From Octopus vulgaris (lineage: Eukaryota), in assembly GCA_951406725.2 (NCBI GenBank), contig OX597818.1, forward strand, positions 92,194,001-92,258,000: a stretch of DNA of 64,000 bases. The letters are read 5' to 3'. Made by a program: the position numbers and the translations under genes. Below are positions 24,788 to 39,228 of the stretch, in pieces (position 1 is the first letter of the stretch; every line of letters starts with the position of its first letter). The notes under the pieces are model-generated. The model did not search any database and was not told the DNA's origin. It was given only the letters and a program-made list of their open reading frames with translations.

Positions 24788-26799
24788 GTCCTTATATTCT
24801 AATAATTTTCTTAGAAACTTTACTAGCATCGTTTTGTTTTTCTTTGGTCTGTTATATTCAGTCATTTGGGCTTTATGTCAATCGACATCTTTTGAATTTA
24901 TAGGTCCCTTCTTTTCCTTCTTTGCAGTCTATTACACTAAAATAACCTCAAAGATTGTTTCGGACAAAATCGTTAAAAACATTCTCTGAGACTGATGAAA
25001 GGAAGAAATTACGTTCTTCTTGGACTGGAATACTAGTCCGAATGTTGAATACAGAATGGAATCGACACTAAAGTCACATAACGGGTGTCAGTTGAGGCTG
25101 TCGAACGATGTGTCGTGGTAGGTCCACAACCCAAGATCGGTAATTTTTAAATTAGAAAATAAATAAAACAGTACAGAGTTTTACCCGGCAGCCTGAAAGG
25201 CCCGGCAACTTTTTCCTCCATTCATTGATGATTAAGCTGGGTTACTCACACCCACCTTTCTCATCACATCCTTCCAACGTTTCACATACTCTTTCTGTGG
25301 CAGGGGCCTTCCTCCCTGATAGATAAATCTGACAAGAGGACAAGCTCATGTTTATAGGGATCAGCAAACAAATTAATTGCTGAATAGTACTGATGTCTGC
25401 CAATTAGATAATAATTCATGGGGTGCACGCAGAACAGCGAGAATTCAAACAGTAAATTATCTGCTCACTCTTAATACGTTGTAGCAGATTTGAACGTGAA
25501 CATCTGATCGATGTTTATTCGTTATCGGAGAATGCCTTCTTTTAGAATGCACATTGTCACAAGGGAGGAGGAGACTTTCGACGACGTCGAATAAGCAACA
25601 GCTATCAGATATTAACGTCTTAATCTGCTAAAACAATTATGAATGGATAGATATGTTAACATTTTTATAATCAAGCAAAAATGAAATAAAGGTTTTACGC
25701 TTGGTTAATCAGAGGGATATCCATTATTAGACAAACTTGAACACGTAAACTGACATTTACAAAGTAATCAGAACCAAAGTGTCCAAGCACCTTTCGTGTG
25801 TTTGTGATAGGAGAAATTGATGCATTCGATGCTTAACGTAAAGCACTGCAGCTCAAACTCTGAGGGGGAAAATGATAGGGTATTTGTTGCCAGGAACAGA
25901 CTCCTTTCCAAAAATATTACCTGGTTGTCATAGATTATCGCCACCAGATGATACTGTTAAACCGAGTAACGTGTTGGGCAACCACAAACAATTTTGTCAG
26001 TTTCTCTACCTGGTGCCTAATGAAGGTTTTAAAAGGTGTTACTGTTAGAGACAGCGATAAGGGCGATGGTATGGATACTAGTGTCTTGGTTTCCTGAACA
26101 TTCTGCACGATGAATGTGCAGAGCTAGTTTCACTCTCTTGTTCCTGAAACTTGCACTGGTCTGGTGCAACAAGTGCTACGAGCCAAATAGTTATTAGATG
26201 CAGAATTTTTACGGAGCTACTTTCTCTTAGATCAGGAACTAAATAGCTATAGAACATCATCTGTCCTGATTTCGTTGGAATGTATGTAAGGGGCCTTCTT
26301 CCGGAGATAATTCCGTGACATTCTACTTAACCGATAGTCTGGATTCTAACCGGTGCTACTACTCCTGGTCAGAGAAGATCTGGAAAGAATATTGGCTAAG
26401 AGGTGGTTCCACACTCTTCAATACTCTGGAACTCCCAAACCTGAGCCCATCTACCGAATGTAGTTTAGTCATATCCAGCAATAAACAAATATCTATTCTG
26501 GCAAATGATATAAGCCTGTGCACCAGTTGGCAGAAACCTTACACACAGTAAGGAATAAATCAAACACAGTAACTTACTACCGGAAACATTGAAACCCCAA
26601 ACAACCCCAGTTGTAATTTCAACGCTTGGTCAATACACCTGTACGTTAGGACTAAAGAGTCCACAGCGTACCAAAATCAGTACTGCTATTTGTGACAAAG
26701 GAAATATTGATGTAATTAATCCCTTTCGCAGTGGGGATATGACGATTGATGATTGTTATTCAGTATTGGTGTGGAATAACATCTAACCAGTGCCAGTAA

Positions 26800-27960
26800 G
26801 AAACGAAAAGAGTATCCGAGAAGATCGATTACAAGATAAGAAATGAAATTGGAAAATAAACAAATAAATAAGACAAACATATTGACGGTTAACTGTGTAA
26901 GTAATAATTGTATCATCTATTGATCATTATCATATAATATTTCATATCGATCAGTGATCTAACAACACGTATAAACTGACTATTGCAGCAAGCAAGCTTC
27001 GTATCAGTATCAAACCAATACTCTACTCCCACAGATAGAAAATAGCAAACAATACAATGTAAAGCCGTATCATTTAACCCAAAATTAAGAAAAGAAAAGA
27101 AATCAAAAATGGAGTGTTCCAAGCTCGACTCTGCCAATAATAAACGAACCTACAACCAGCGTAATTGATGAAACTCTAAGTAATGGGCGAGAATTTACTT
27201 TCAAGATTCGCTTTTAAAATAGAGAGGGCACAACTGGACATGAGCAGAATATGTTTGTATATTTGGCAACCACATTCAAACCTTAAATCGAAGCTGCAAG
27301 AATATACTTGTATAAGATTTTAAGGAATAAAATGCATATCTATATATAAGGTTAAATCTTTACAGACCAGCAAACTTACAATAAATGGACACGGGCGGGT
27401 TATGCTTGCAGTCTACATGTATATTTTACAACCATGTTCAACCCTCAAAGAGAAACTACCACAAAATACTCGTCTCTAAAATTTGAGAAAATGTGGCTTT
27501 ATATGTAACTTTGGATCCCAACAGAGCATCTAATTTAAACGGATATACTTTTTCAATCCAAAAAGCATCACAGATTAAAATAGAAAACGAAAGAGATAGA
27601 ATAAATAGCGAAAGGAAACAGTAAATATACATTTTTTAAAATACCTTGACAATGTAGATCTCAAAGGTAGGTCTAAATACTGACATAACAAACAAAATCA
27701 TGAAACACACACTATAGCATTTACAATACACTGGACAATAAAAACGGATCCAGATCCACACACATAAAAATAAATCAAGAGAACGAGAAAATTTAAGAAT
27801 AAAATAGTCTAAAGTCGAAGGAAATTGTGAACATGACACTTTTATTGCAGAAATAATTAGAGGAAATCTTGAACAGAAATAATTAAAACAATACAAAACC
27901 ATCTGAAGCAAAAAGAAACAAACAAAAAATAACAGCGATAATTTAGCAGTAGTAATTTAA
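26800..27960 (+). pseudogene. Highly decayed Penelope-like ORF remnant (thumb and GIY-YIG-like region)
   Basis: A-rich strand bias and fragments such as LNGYTFSIQKASQI and HLQYTGQ..RIQIH; many stops. Confidence 0.35.
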
Positions 27961-28447
27961 AACAAAGATGCAAATCTGATCATCACAGACTTAATGAGAA
28001 GAACATGAATATCAATATTATTCCCAGCTTAGACGAAGTAATAAGTACTGGTATGGCTGTGTGGTTAAGAAACTACATAGTTTCCGGTTTAGTTCCTATG
28101 ACACATAGGGTCTTCTTCAACCAATGCCTTGTGAGGGAAATTAGTAAACGTGTGCACTCTTACCAACACAATCGTCTCTTTTTCGCTGTATTTTCTCCTT
28201 TTTACTAACTTACTGCACTCGTTTAGAATACAGTTAATACTTTCATCCCGTTTTCCATACATTCAGCGTTTGCTGTGGGAGTTGTAAGAATTCTTCTCTT
28301 TATCATTCTCGTTTTTATGCTTTATTCCTAAGTGGCTGTAATTTGTAATACAGTTTCTCGTTCCAGATTATAATCTTTCAACCACAACTAGATTTCTGGT
28401 TATTATTGTTACAGAGCTGAAAAAATTTAAGTGCCCCACTTGTGGGG

Positions 28448-28478
<31 letters not shown>

Positions 28479-29299
28479 TATTTTTTTTTTAATTTTATTT
28501 ATTAGGGAATAAAAATTCCGGCATCACAGGGATTCAAAAAAATTAATTATTCTCAATGAGAAAATATGTTATTTAGACATAGCAGTCCCCATCATCACAC
28601 CATATAAAAATATTTTTATTTTAATACTTTGAAATAAAAATTCTTTTATATGTTTTGATGATGGGAACTGTTATCTCTAAATAACATATATATATATATA
28701 CATATATAAGTCTGTGTGTAAAGAGGTTATTCTTCCTAGGGATATTTATGCAAGTGTACACCGGTTTAGCTCCATATCAATTAACGATACTGGGAATTCC
28801 ATATGTGCATATTGTATTTATCGTTGGTTCATCTCTGATAAGTAGTACCTTACACTTTTGAAATCCCAGTTGTCACTATAGATGTTTTCATCTTTTAGAC
28901 ATAGGAGAAAAAATTTAACAATGCAAAGAAAATGGAGAATGTGTACACAGAATATTCAATATACTCATCATAATAATAATCAATTCATATTGCCTACGTG
29001 CGTTTTGGTTCCAATTACTTAAATCAATATTTATGCAATTAAATATCATTATGAATTTGAAAAAGCAAAAACCTTCGTCAGGGCAAGAGATTATCAAAGT
29101 AAAATTTTACCGTTACTCATCCTAACGGATGAAGAGTTCATTTTACTTGAATTGTAGTCTGTGCGTCTTGGATTCCGGTCTAAAAATAGCTAGAGGTTGA
29201 TTTTGACCCCACTGGACAAGGGACACTTGACTAATGTTATAATAAATATATTGATTATTCTATATATACAATCTGCATTTTCTTTGTATACATGTATGT

Positions 29300-29525
<226 letters not shown>

Positions 29526-31347
29526 ATGAGATGCTATGAATACTATGAAGTTATGGTAACTTTCTCAATATTTCAGATTTATCCCACGGCAGCATGAAAT
29601 ATAAATTACACACATAGGAAACTGAAAAAACAATCATTGGTATGTAATATCAAGTATATCAGCATATGCCCGTTTAAATACAAAGAAAGAAATAATAACA
29701 AACAACCGAATTACAAAAGAAAAATACCTTCAATAATAAAAATGATAAATCCAGACTATAATATATAAGTATATCAATATACAACGAGCAGAACACCTAT
29801 AAAAATATACTGTTCAATAGAAATTCTATACATATATCTACAATCATATTCTATCTACATAAATCAACAGACATGAGGAAGAAAAATATCTAAGCAAATG
29901 CAAAATGATAAGAACTGCAGAAATAATTTAGAAAGACGTAATAAAAGAATAATAAAGAAATTGAATTCAAGAAATAAAGCGTACTAAAAATTGAAAAAAA
30001 AGTAGTGCAGATATCGGAGAAATAGCTCTCAGAAGTGAGAACAGAGACAAACATTAAATGTGCGAATATACCATTACAATAAATTCTATGCGACTCAAAC
30101 GTTGAAACAGATAAAAGTTAAGTAAATCTCATATGCTTTGTGAATGCATAATAAGAAAACTAAGAACAAAGATAGAAAATATTAGATGAGTAAAAGAATA
30201 ACAAGCATTGGAGAAAATATAACTACAGAAACATTAACCATAGCTCAAAGAGCTTAGAATATTACACGCATACAAAATCGTTACTTTGAAACGAAATAGA
30301 AGTTGGAAGGATAAACTTAGATAAACATAGATGTGTTTGGACCAAAATAGGCACAGGCTACGTGAAACCTAATACCACCTGCTAGAATCTGTTAAGTAAG
30401 GTTTAAGTTATGTTTTGTGTCATCATAACCCATTCAAAGAGAAGGTTATGTATTGTCTGGTATTCCTTGAAGAAATTTGTTCAGATAAGATTTGATGGCT
30501 AAGTGATATTTGTCTTCTTTATCTTCTTCCGAGATACCGTTAAATGCGTCATAGCCGTTTGAGATAAAGTAGTTGTGTTGTAAAGCTGGTATGTGATATG
30601 CGCATGATTTGTGTAGAGGATGTATGGTACCAGTTTTGGATGAATTAATTTTCTTGATCTAAATCTAATTATCTGCAGAACTTCAAATTCATCCGTCTAG
30701 CGACGGATTAGCTTTGAGTGAGGTACCTCCTAGTCTCCCTAAGTCGGTGAACCGAAGAACCGCATTTGTTAAGAACATATATTGCCTAAAGATGAGGTAT
30801 TCCCCGTTGATGGAAAATATCAGAGATCAGATATTCATGATCGAATCTCCCAGAATATATTATGTATGGATGCATAATTATACTTAGAAGGAAATTCTAC
30901 AGATAATAATATATGAAATATATATAGATATAAAAGACCGAACAAAAGACAGAAGGTGGAAGGTTCTGGGTTGAAATGAATGAAAAAGGAAGAGAAATAC
31001 ACGAAAGAGATCTTGAACATCATAGACTAAACAACAAAATAAGTATTTTTCAATATCTTTGAGCGCAAGCAGCAGTTGCAGACATAAAACATCTCTAACT
31101 TGGAAAAGAACTAAAAAAGAAACCCCGAAAGGTCGTCAAAGGCACATTTTACACGATATCTCAATTGAAACATTTATCATTAATAATAAGCCCCGCATCG
31201 AAATCTTTTGACAAGCTAACAAAATGAGATATTCAAAACTAATAAGCCAGGAAACCAAATAGATAGAGGATACGTCTTTAATATGAAATGTATTGAACCA
31301 GACATTCACGAAAATGTTTGATACAAATTTAGATGAACATAAATCGC

Positions 31348-31745
31348 GTGGCTGTGTGGTAATTAGCTTGCTTACCAAACACGTGGTTCTGGGTTCAGTC
31401 CCACTGCGTGGCACCTTGGGCAAGTGTCTTCTACTATAGCCTCGGGCCGACCAAAGCCTTGTGAGTGGATTTGGGAGACGGAAACTGAAAGAAGCCCGTC
31501 GTATATATGTATATATATATTATGTGTGTGTGTGTGTGTTTGTGTGTCTGTGTTTGTCCCCCCAACATCGCTTGACAACCGATGCTGGTGTGTTTACCTC
31601 ACCGTGACCTAGCAGTTCGGCAAAAGAGACCGATAGAATAAGTACTAGGCTTACAAAGAATAAGTCCTGGGGTCGATTTGCTCGACTAAAGGCGTTGCTC
31701 CAGCATGGCCGCATTCAAATGACTGAAACAAGTAAAAGAGAAAAA
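31348..31745 (+). mobile_element. SINE family B, near full length
   Basis: Same head, core and tail as the 9199 and 52342 copies. Confidence 0.85.
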
Positions 31746-32214
31746 GTAGCCACATCTTTAGAAATTAACGACAGACGACGAGATGACTGAACTAAATGGG
31801 GAGCCCACTTTATGGCAGTTCGACATGGTAGCAATAGTAGTCAAGTCTCCCTCAATTAGCATTCTTGCGCATGCCATATCTTCTATTTCCCTCACATACA
31901 AAACATCAGTCTCTCACCCACCCGTATATATACAATATAAAACACCTCACTCTCTCTTGTCCTCTCTGACGCACATATAATAAAATATAGATAATGAGCA
32001 GAACTGATCAACAAGTTTTGGACTGTTTCAGTGTGGGATTCCTAAAAGTTGACCAGAGCCCAAGCATCTATTTCATCTTCTTTTGTTCCTTTCCTTCATA
32101 ACACGCTCTCACTTAATTTTGCTCCGTGATGTATGTCTGTCTCACTTTTTCACTCCGCCATCACTCTCACCATCTCATTCATTCTTCTTTTCTTTCTTTC
32201 TTTCTTTCTTTCCC

Positions 32215-32254
<40 letters not shown>

Positions 32255-32836
32255 CTATCTATTTCTATTTATCTATTTATCTATTATATAGGTAGTTAGG
32301 GTAAATCACTGCCGTTTCGTCTTGAGGCACATTTGCATATTCCGTTTTACTACAATCCAATATGTCATCACATTTACTGCTGAAAGTTAGTCAAAATACA
32401 TATGGAAATACTAATTGCTGAACAAACAAGAAAGTGGAAATTTTTTGGTATTAATGATTCTCCATTACACGTGTTTCATTTACTAACAGGAATTACGAAA
32501 ACTTACATGTTAAATAGCTATGCAAGAAATTCCCTGTCTTTCTACTTATTCATCATATCACTTCACAAACTTATAACTTACACAGCAGTTTAACAAAGAA
32601 AAGGGTTTTAGGTGTATAGTGGCTTCAACGGTCACCGACAAGACATCTCATCTAGGAGCTTGGTATTCCAAAACATAAATGTGTAGCATGCGAAAAAGGT
32701 ACAGGACTTAGTGCACAGAAAAAATAACACACGTGTACAGATTTGGATAAAAAATATGTTTCTGTAAAGACTAAATTTCTCTAACACAGATATTCACTAA
32801 TCTCATGCTGTAATATCTCTTTTTTTTTTTTACCAG

Positions 32837-32969
32837 CTTTAATAAATGATCTACGACGATGTGATCCCAACAATATCATACAGTGTATCCAGCCTATGCA
32901 CAAACACATTTCTGAAATGGGAGGCCTTGGAGAAACATACGATATAGAGACGTTGGAAGATATATGTGG
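32837..32969 (+). CDS. Host gene internal exon A (Cys-rich ectodomain): LINDLRRCDPNNIIQCIQPMHKHISEMGGLGETYDIETLEDIC
   Basis: Poly-T tract plus CCAG acceptor, GTTAGT donor, open frame; the phase-2 end matches the next exon. Confidence 0.8.
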
Positions 32970-33066
32970 GTTAGTACATTGTTGTTTATTTCTAATCACA
33001 AATTTCTATGTTGGTTATTCTGTATATTTAGAGCGTATTTACCCATGCCCACAAAAATGCATATAA

Positions 33067-33103
<37 letters not shown>

Positions 33104-33295
33104 AGTGCTAGTTAAACATTGGGGTTGATCTAATCAATTTAACTCCCTCCCCCAAAATTGCTGGCCTCGATCCAAAATTTGAAACTAATAAACATATTTA
33201 GCCGAACCATATATTGTTGAAACGATTTTATTGAAGGAATAAATATTATACATAACTTTCATTCTTGGGCTTAGCATATATATATATGTGTGTGT

Positions 33296-33333
<38 letters not shown>

Positions 33334-33361
33334 ATAAGGTTGAAAAGGAATACACGAGTTG

Positions 33362-33988
33362 ATATATATGGAAAAAAAGTCAAGATAGAAAATGCTAAAA
33401 TAATTTTATGAAAAACATTTCAGTACCGGTTTCAGTCATTGAGACTTTTTCAACTGTAACAATTAAATAATTAAATTTAGAAAAATTAAAAGAAAAGTTT
33501 TTTTTTAGAAAGAATATTTATATAGTGTTCAAATACAAGTGGCATTTTCCTTGTTTCTGCCTGTCTCTGTCTTTCTTGTTTACTCTTGTGGGTTCGAGGT
33601 CATAGTGATTTCTTCGAGTATTTTCAGCAGCATAGATTTAATAAAAGTATTTTAAACGTTTTACTATAGCAGAATAGGTAAAAAAAAAACAAGAAAGAAA
33701 ACGTATATGAAACCAATTGAAGCATAGAATATACCAAGAATTCACAACGACTTCGAACCCACAAGAGTAAACAAGAGAGACAGAGACAGGCAGAAACAAG
33801 GAAAATGCCACTTGTATTTGAACACTATACAAATATTCTTTAAAAAAAAACTTTTCTTTTAATTTTTCTAAATTTAATTATTTAATTGTTACAGTTGAAA
33901 AAGTCTCAATGACTGAAACCGGTACTGAAATGTTTTTCATAAAATTATTTTAGCATTTTCTATTTTGACTTTTTTTTCCATATATATA
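33362..33988. repeat. ~250-bp inverted repeat (33362-33614 / 33736-33988), each arm carrying a U3-A8 variant hammerhead
   Basis: Right arm, + strand 33892-33927: CAG-TTGAAAA-AGTC tcaat GACT-GAA-ACCGGT-A-CTG. The mirror is at 33421-33456. Flanked by (TA)n. Confidence 0.8.
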
Positions 33989-34436
33989 TATATATATACT
34001 CAAAATAAGCAACAAGAATGACTCCGGTAATTTGGTACAATCGTTTCGTACTACATCATTTTATTAAATGTTGTAAGTATTACAACAGATTTAAGATGCT
34101 GAGTACTCATCAGCCAATTATAGAGGTTTTATATTATATACATATATATCCCCTCACCACTATTTCTACTCTAGCGGTCAACCCCTACAAGGGAATCTCG
34201 ATTAAATGAAGTTTGCATTGCTGTAAGGGGGTACATGTCAACAATCGAACGATTCGATCAGAATGTCCGTGTGTCGACATGTACCTCTTAACGACAATGT
34301 AATCAAGATACCTTTGGCCTGAAGTGTAGCCTGTGGTATACACCTCGCTTAGATATCTACCACTTCCGAAAGATAAGTAGCCTGGACATTATCTACTCCA
34401 TTCCTTAACTTGTGTGTGTGTGTGTTTGAGTTTGTT

Positions 34437-34476
<40 letters not shown>

Positions 34477-34734
34477 CGCGCACCGCGTGTCTTATACTAT
34501 AATACATACATTATACTGAAAGTTTAAGGGTTGTTTGGTTGTACCTTAATTATAGCTGAAACAGTCTGTTCTATTGGTTTCATATACGTCTTTTTTTTTC
34601 TTGTTTTTTTTTTTACCTATTCTGCTACAGTAAAACGTTTAAAGTACTTTTATTAAATTTATGCTGCTGAAAATACTCGAAGAGAAATTTTTATTGTACA
34701 AATTTATTAGTAAAATATGTTATGGTAGCTTAGC

Positions 34735-34756
34735 ACACACATACACACAGCTCATT

Positions 34757-34826
<70 letters not shown>

Positions 34827-35036
34827 ACCCACACCTACAACATACGCGCACACACATACACACTCTCTCTAACACATAACGTAGGCTCTCTCTCTCTCTC
34901 TCTCTCATGTGCGTAGACTCTCTCACATAGGCACACACATTCTCTCTCTCACGTAGACATTCTCTTTTTCTCTTCTCTCTCTCTCTCTCTCACACACGTA
35001 GACTCTCTCTCTCTCTCTCATACATATATACGTAGA

Positions 35037-35068
<32 letters not shown>

Positions 35069-35468
35069 GACCTACACACGCACCTACACACACGCAGACT
35101 CTTTCTGTCTCTCAGGAACTCAGGGTACGTTCATATTGTTGACATACTGCATGCTGTCATCACAATCGTCTTCTTACGATTCTTGATTTGTTTATGACTT
35201 CAATGAAGAAATACATAACGTAAAAGTATTGTTAATAGTTAAAGTTGAATTCTTTTTTTTCTTTTTTGACTTCCTTTTTATCAAGTCTAGAAGTCTTGAA
35301 ATTATTCAAATAGAAATTTTAGATACAATTTATTTCCTTTTTATTTATTTATTTATTTATAGTTTAAAATGTTGGCTATTGTTTCAATAGAACTTTTGAC
35401 ACACACTGTGTTTCTCTGTCAAACACATACACACACACGTACGCGCGCATACACACACGTACACACTC

Positions 35469-35516
<48 letters not shown>

Positions 35517-35707
35517 CCTCACTAGCTAATACAAATGCATGCAGCACATACCTTCATGGTCTCTCACACACGTACAGCACATACACACACACACACTTTC
35601 TCTTTCACAAACACATACTTTCTCTCTCTCTCTCTCTCACAAACACACACACACGGTCTCTCTTACGCACACATACACTCTCACACATCCACAAACACAC
35701 AGCACGC

Positions 35708-35758
<51 letters not shown>

Positions 35759-35919
35759 AACACTTTTTGTCTCTCACACACTTTTTATCTCTCACACACT
35801 TTTTGTCTCTCACACACATACACACACACACACTTTCTCTCTCTCATTCTCTCACACACACACACGGTTACTCTCACACACACATACTCTCAAGCATCAA
35901 CATACATACATCACACATA

Positions 35920-35969
<50 letters not shown>

Positions 35970-35970
35970 A
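34735..35970. repeat. Compound (CT)n/(CA)n low-complexity array with recurrent CGTAGACTCTCTC units
   Basis: Directly visible. Confidence 0.85.
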
Positions 35971-36114
35971 AGATACCATTTTGCGTAGATTACATATTTC
36001 ATGGTTTTATAGTTTTTCGTTTTATATTATTTACCGTTGAAGTTTTCATTGTTCTAATGCAGTCAGTTCATTTTGTGGACTTTGTTGATTTGAGTTGACT
36101 TTCTTAATACGTTA

Positions 36115-36312
36115 TTCCTCTCTGCTATAGGCACAAGGCCTTAATCTTTACGGGAAGGGGTTAGACGATTACATTGACCCCAGTGCTTAATTTCTCGAGA
36201 CCGCAACGATAAAAGGCAAAGTTGACCTCTGTGGAATTTGAACTCAGAACGCAAAGCCGGACGAAATACCGCTAAGCAATTTTTTCCGACGTTCTAGCAA
36301 TTCCGCCAGCTC
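36115..36312 (-). mobile_element. SINE family C
   Basis: AAAGGCAAAGTTGACCTC..GGAATTTGAACTCAGAACG. Confidence 0.7.
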
Positions 36313-36489
36313 GATACCCCACTTTTCTAATACATTATTACATACGCGAGTACACACTGATTGATTATACCAGGAATCATCAGAGTCAACAAATGATGCC
36401 AAACGGTGTTGTGATGCGGCAAGGGCAAAGAAACAATAGGTAACCACTGAGATGACAGCAAGAATCAGAAAATAAATGAGGAGAAACTG

Positions 36490-36825
36490 AAGAGGATAGA
36501 AATGCTTGTCTCCAGGATGTAGGACAGAGAACAACTTAGGTCCTCAAAGGTTTTGCGATGGAATATGAATGATCGTATAAGAAATGCCAGAGAATCTAAT
36601 CATAGCAAAAATCAATGTTGGTGCATCCAATTTTGACAGAGTCATGATTCCTAGAACAAGCTCACTACATCAGATGAAGATGAATCTGTTCAGTGGACCA
36701 AGTTACCCATACTATCATGTTTTGCAAAGACTTTACATAAAGCACAATGAGAAACCATGCAGAATGTCTTAATTTAAGTTGAGAGACCATTATTCCAACA
36801 TGGCCTACTGTACGTGGCTTTAAAT
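36490..36825 (+). pseudogene. Helitron RepHel (PIF1-like helicase) C-terminal remnant
   Basis: NL..RFCDG, ENLIIAKI.VG...RVMIPR, LPILSCFAKTLHKAQ, PLFQHGLLYVAL match PIF1 motifs GLCNG, V.IPRI, FP..L.FA.T..KSQG, VFSHGQLYVALSR. Confidence 0.75.
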
Positions 36826-36934
36826 GGGGGAATAAGGAATTAAAATGTTAGAAAGCACTTCTACCTGAAATGTTTTGATATTATTTCAGGAAGATTCAGT
36901 AGGTTTTTTCGAATGATTCCTAATCGAGAATGAA

Positions 36935-37537
36935 TATTGACTTTATCATTTTGAGCCAGAAATGAACATACCCCTCCTCACCTGCTCCAAAGAAGGCCAA
37001 GATCGTTTCATCTGCAAGGAGGGTGATAACCTCAGTTCTTTGAGATGCAAAAGGCATTGTGTTTATTGACTATCGCCAAAAAGGGCCACGCCATTAATGG
37101 GGAATACTGTGCCAACTTGCGGAGGTAGTTATGAAAGGCTATCAAGACCAAACGCGCAGGAAAACTGACAAACGGAGTTTTCTTTCACCAGGACAATGCC
37201 CAAGCAGACATGCCCTTGGTTTCAATGGCTAATGTACGTGACTGTGGCCTTGAACTGGTTGATTAGCCTACCTATTCTTTTGATTCGGCCCCATCTGGCT
37301 ATTATCTGTTCCCTTGGCTAGGAGCAGTATAGCAGTGATGATGACGTCATATCTGCTGTTGATGACTTTTTTTGGTGCAGCAGGTTGAAAGCTTTTTCAC
37401 CAATAGGATCCATGCATTGCAACACCAATGGATGGAGTGTGGACCGCATGGAGGACTATGTTGAAAAGTAAACCTCATTCAGTCACATTCCACGAAGATA
37501 TATTAGTCAACCTATAAACGTTTCAGCCGACCCTCTT
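36935..37537 (+). mobile_element. Mariner transposon 3' half (decayed DD34D transposase plus right TIR)
   Basis: SPAPKKAK, DAKGIVFIDY, FHQDNA, YS.D.APSGYYLFP, DYVEK-stop; ends TTTCAGCCGACCCTC. Confidence 0.8.
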
Positions 37538-37708
37538 AGATGTTCATCCTTTTATCAACGATACTGCTTTTACTAGAACGGTGGAATGGCAAAATCATTA
37601 GAGCGCAAGACAAACTACTTTGCGTTCTTTGTTCAGGCTAATTATGTTCCGAACCGTCAAAGCCTTCACATCCCTCCCAAATATTGGACTTGCGTCTGTT
37701 AGAAATTG

Positions 37709-37748
37709 CTGCTACAACTACTACTACTGCTACTACTACTACTACTAC

Positions 37749-37800
<52 letters not shown>

Positions 37801-37831
37801 GATACTGATACTAATAATAATAATAATAATG

Positions 37832-37890
<59 letters not shown>

Positions 37891-37899
37891 TATAATAAT
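37709..37899. repeat. (CTA)n/(TAA)n microsatellite
   Basis: Directly visible. Confidence 0.95.
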
Positions 37900-38457
37900 A
37901 AATGCCCTGATGCAGTACCAAGCAGTGGCTCTCATGGCTTCTAATCTTAACTGATTGGAAGTGTTATCATTTACATTGTTTTGTCTTGGTATAAAAGATG
38001 GGCTACAGCAAATATTCTGCTCAATACCACAGATTTGCTTGTCAGTTGTTTGACCTTAACCAGTTGAGCATGTCCCTTAGTGGCTGACAATATGTGCATC
38101 TCTGATCATGAGTAGAAGTAGTGGGGGAGCATCATACCCATGCGTCGAGAGAGATTCTTTGGGGTGTGAATAATACCCCTCTGGAAACATGGGTGGTTCG
38201 TTCAACATTCTTAAACAACCCTTATTCGGGAACCTTTTGAGTGAGATGGGCTACTTGACCAGAAGAAATATCTAACCGGGCCCCACCGGCAAGGTCATGT
38301 GCTGTTTATTTTGATATGAGATTATCATGTCGCGCACATATGGTTGTGATGCATGTGCCTAGTGCACCCTTATCAGACAGGTAGTCATGATGGGTATACC
38401 GGGCTTCGTATATTTTACCCCAGTGTCACCTTGATGGCATGCACTGCTCTCTCACTC

Positions 38458-38494
<37 letters not shown>

Positions 38495-39022
38495 GCCTTG
38501 ATGCAGTACCAAGCAGTGGCTCTCATGGCTTCTAATCCTAACTGATTGGATGTGTTATCACGTACATTGCTTTGTCTTGGTATAAAAGATGGGCTACAGC
38601 AAATATTCTGCTCAATACCACAGATTTGCTTGTCAGTTGTTTGACCTTAACCAGTTGAGCATGTCCCTTAGTGGCTGACAATATGTGCATCTCTGATCAT
38701 GAGTAGAAGTAGTGGGGGAGCATCATAGCCATGCGTTGAGAAGGATTCTTTGGAGTGAATAATTCACCTCTGGAAACATGGGTGGTTCGTTCAACATCCT
38801 TAAACAACCCTTATTCAGGACCTTTTGAGTGAGATGGGCTACTTGACCAGAAGAAAATTCTAACTAGCCCCACCTGCAAGGTCACGTGCTGTTTATTTTG
38901 ATATGGGATTATCATGTCGTGCACATATGGTTGTGATGCATGTGCCTAGTGCACCCTTATCAGACGGGTAGTGATGATGGGTATACCGGGCTACGTATAT
39001 TTTACCCCAGTGTCTCGCTCAA
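37900..39022. mobile_element. Two tandem copies of the ~560-bp (TAA)n-flanked element (37900-38459, 38491-39022)
   Basis: Colinear with 1369-1930; separated and flanked by (TAA)n. Confidence 0.88.
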
Positions 39023-39045
39023 TAATAATAATAATAATAATGATG

Positions 39046-39109
<64 letters not shown>

Positions 39110-39228
39110 CACTACTACTACTACTACTATTAGTAATGCTACTGCTGTTGTTGTTGCTGCTGCTGCTGCTGCTGTTACCGCTGTTACTGCTATTTTTGAT
39201 GATGAAGTTTGTTTTCTATTTTGTGCAG

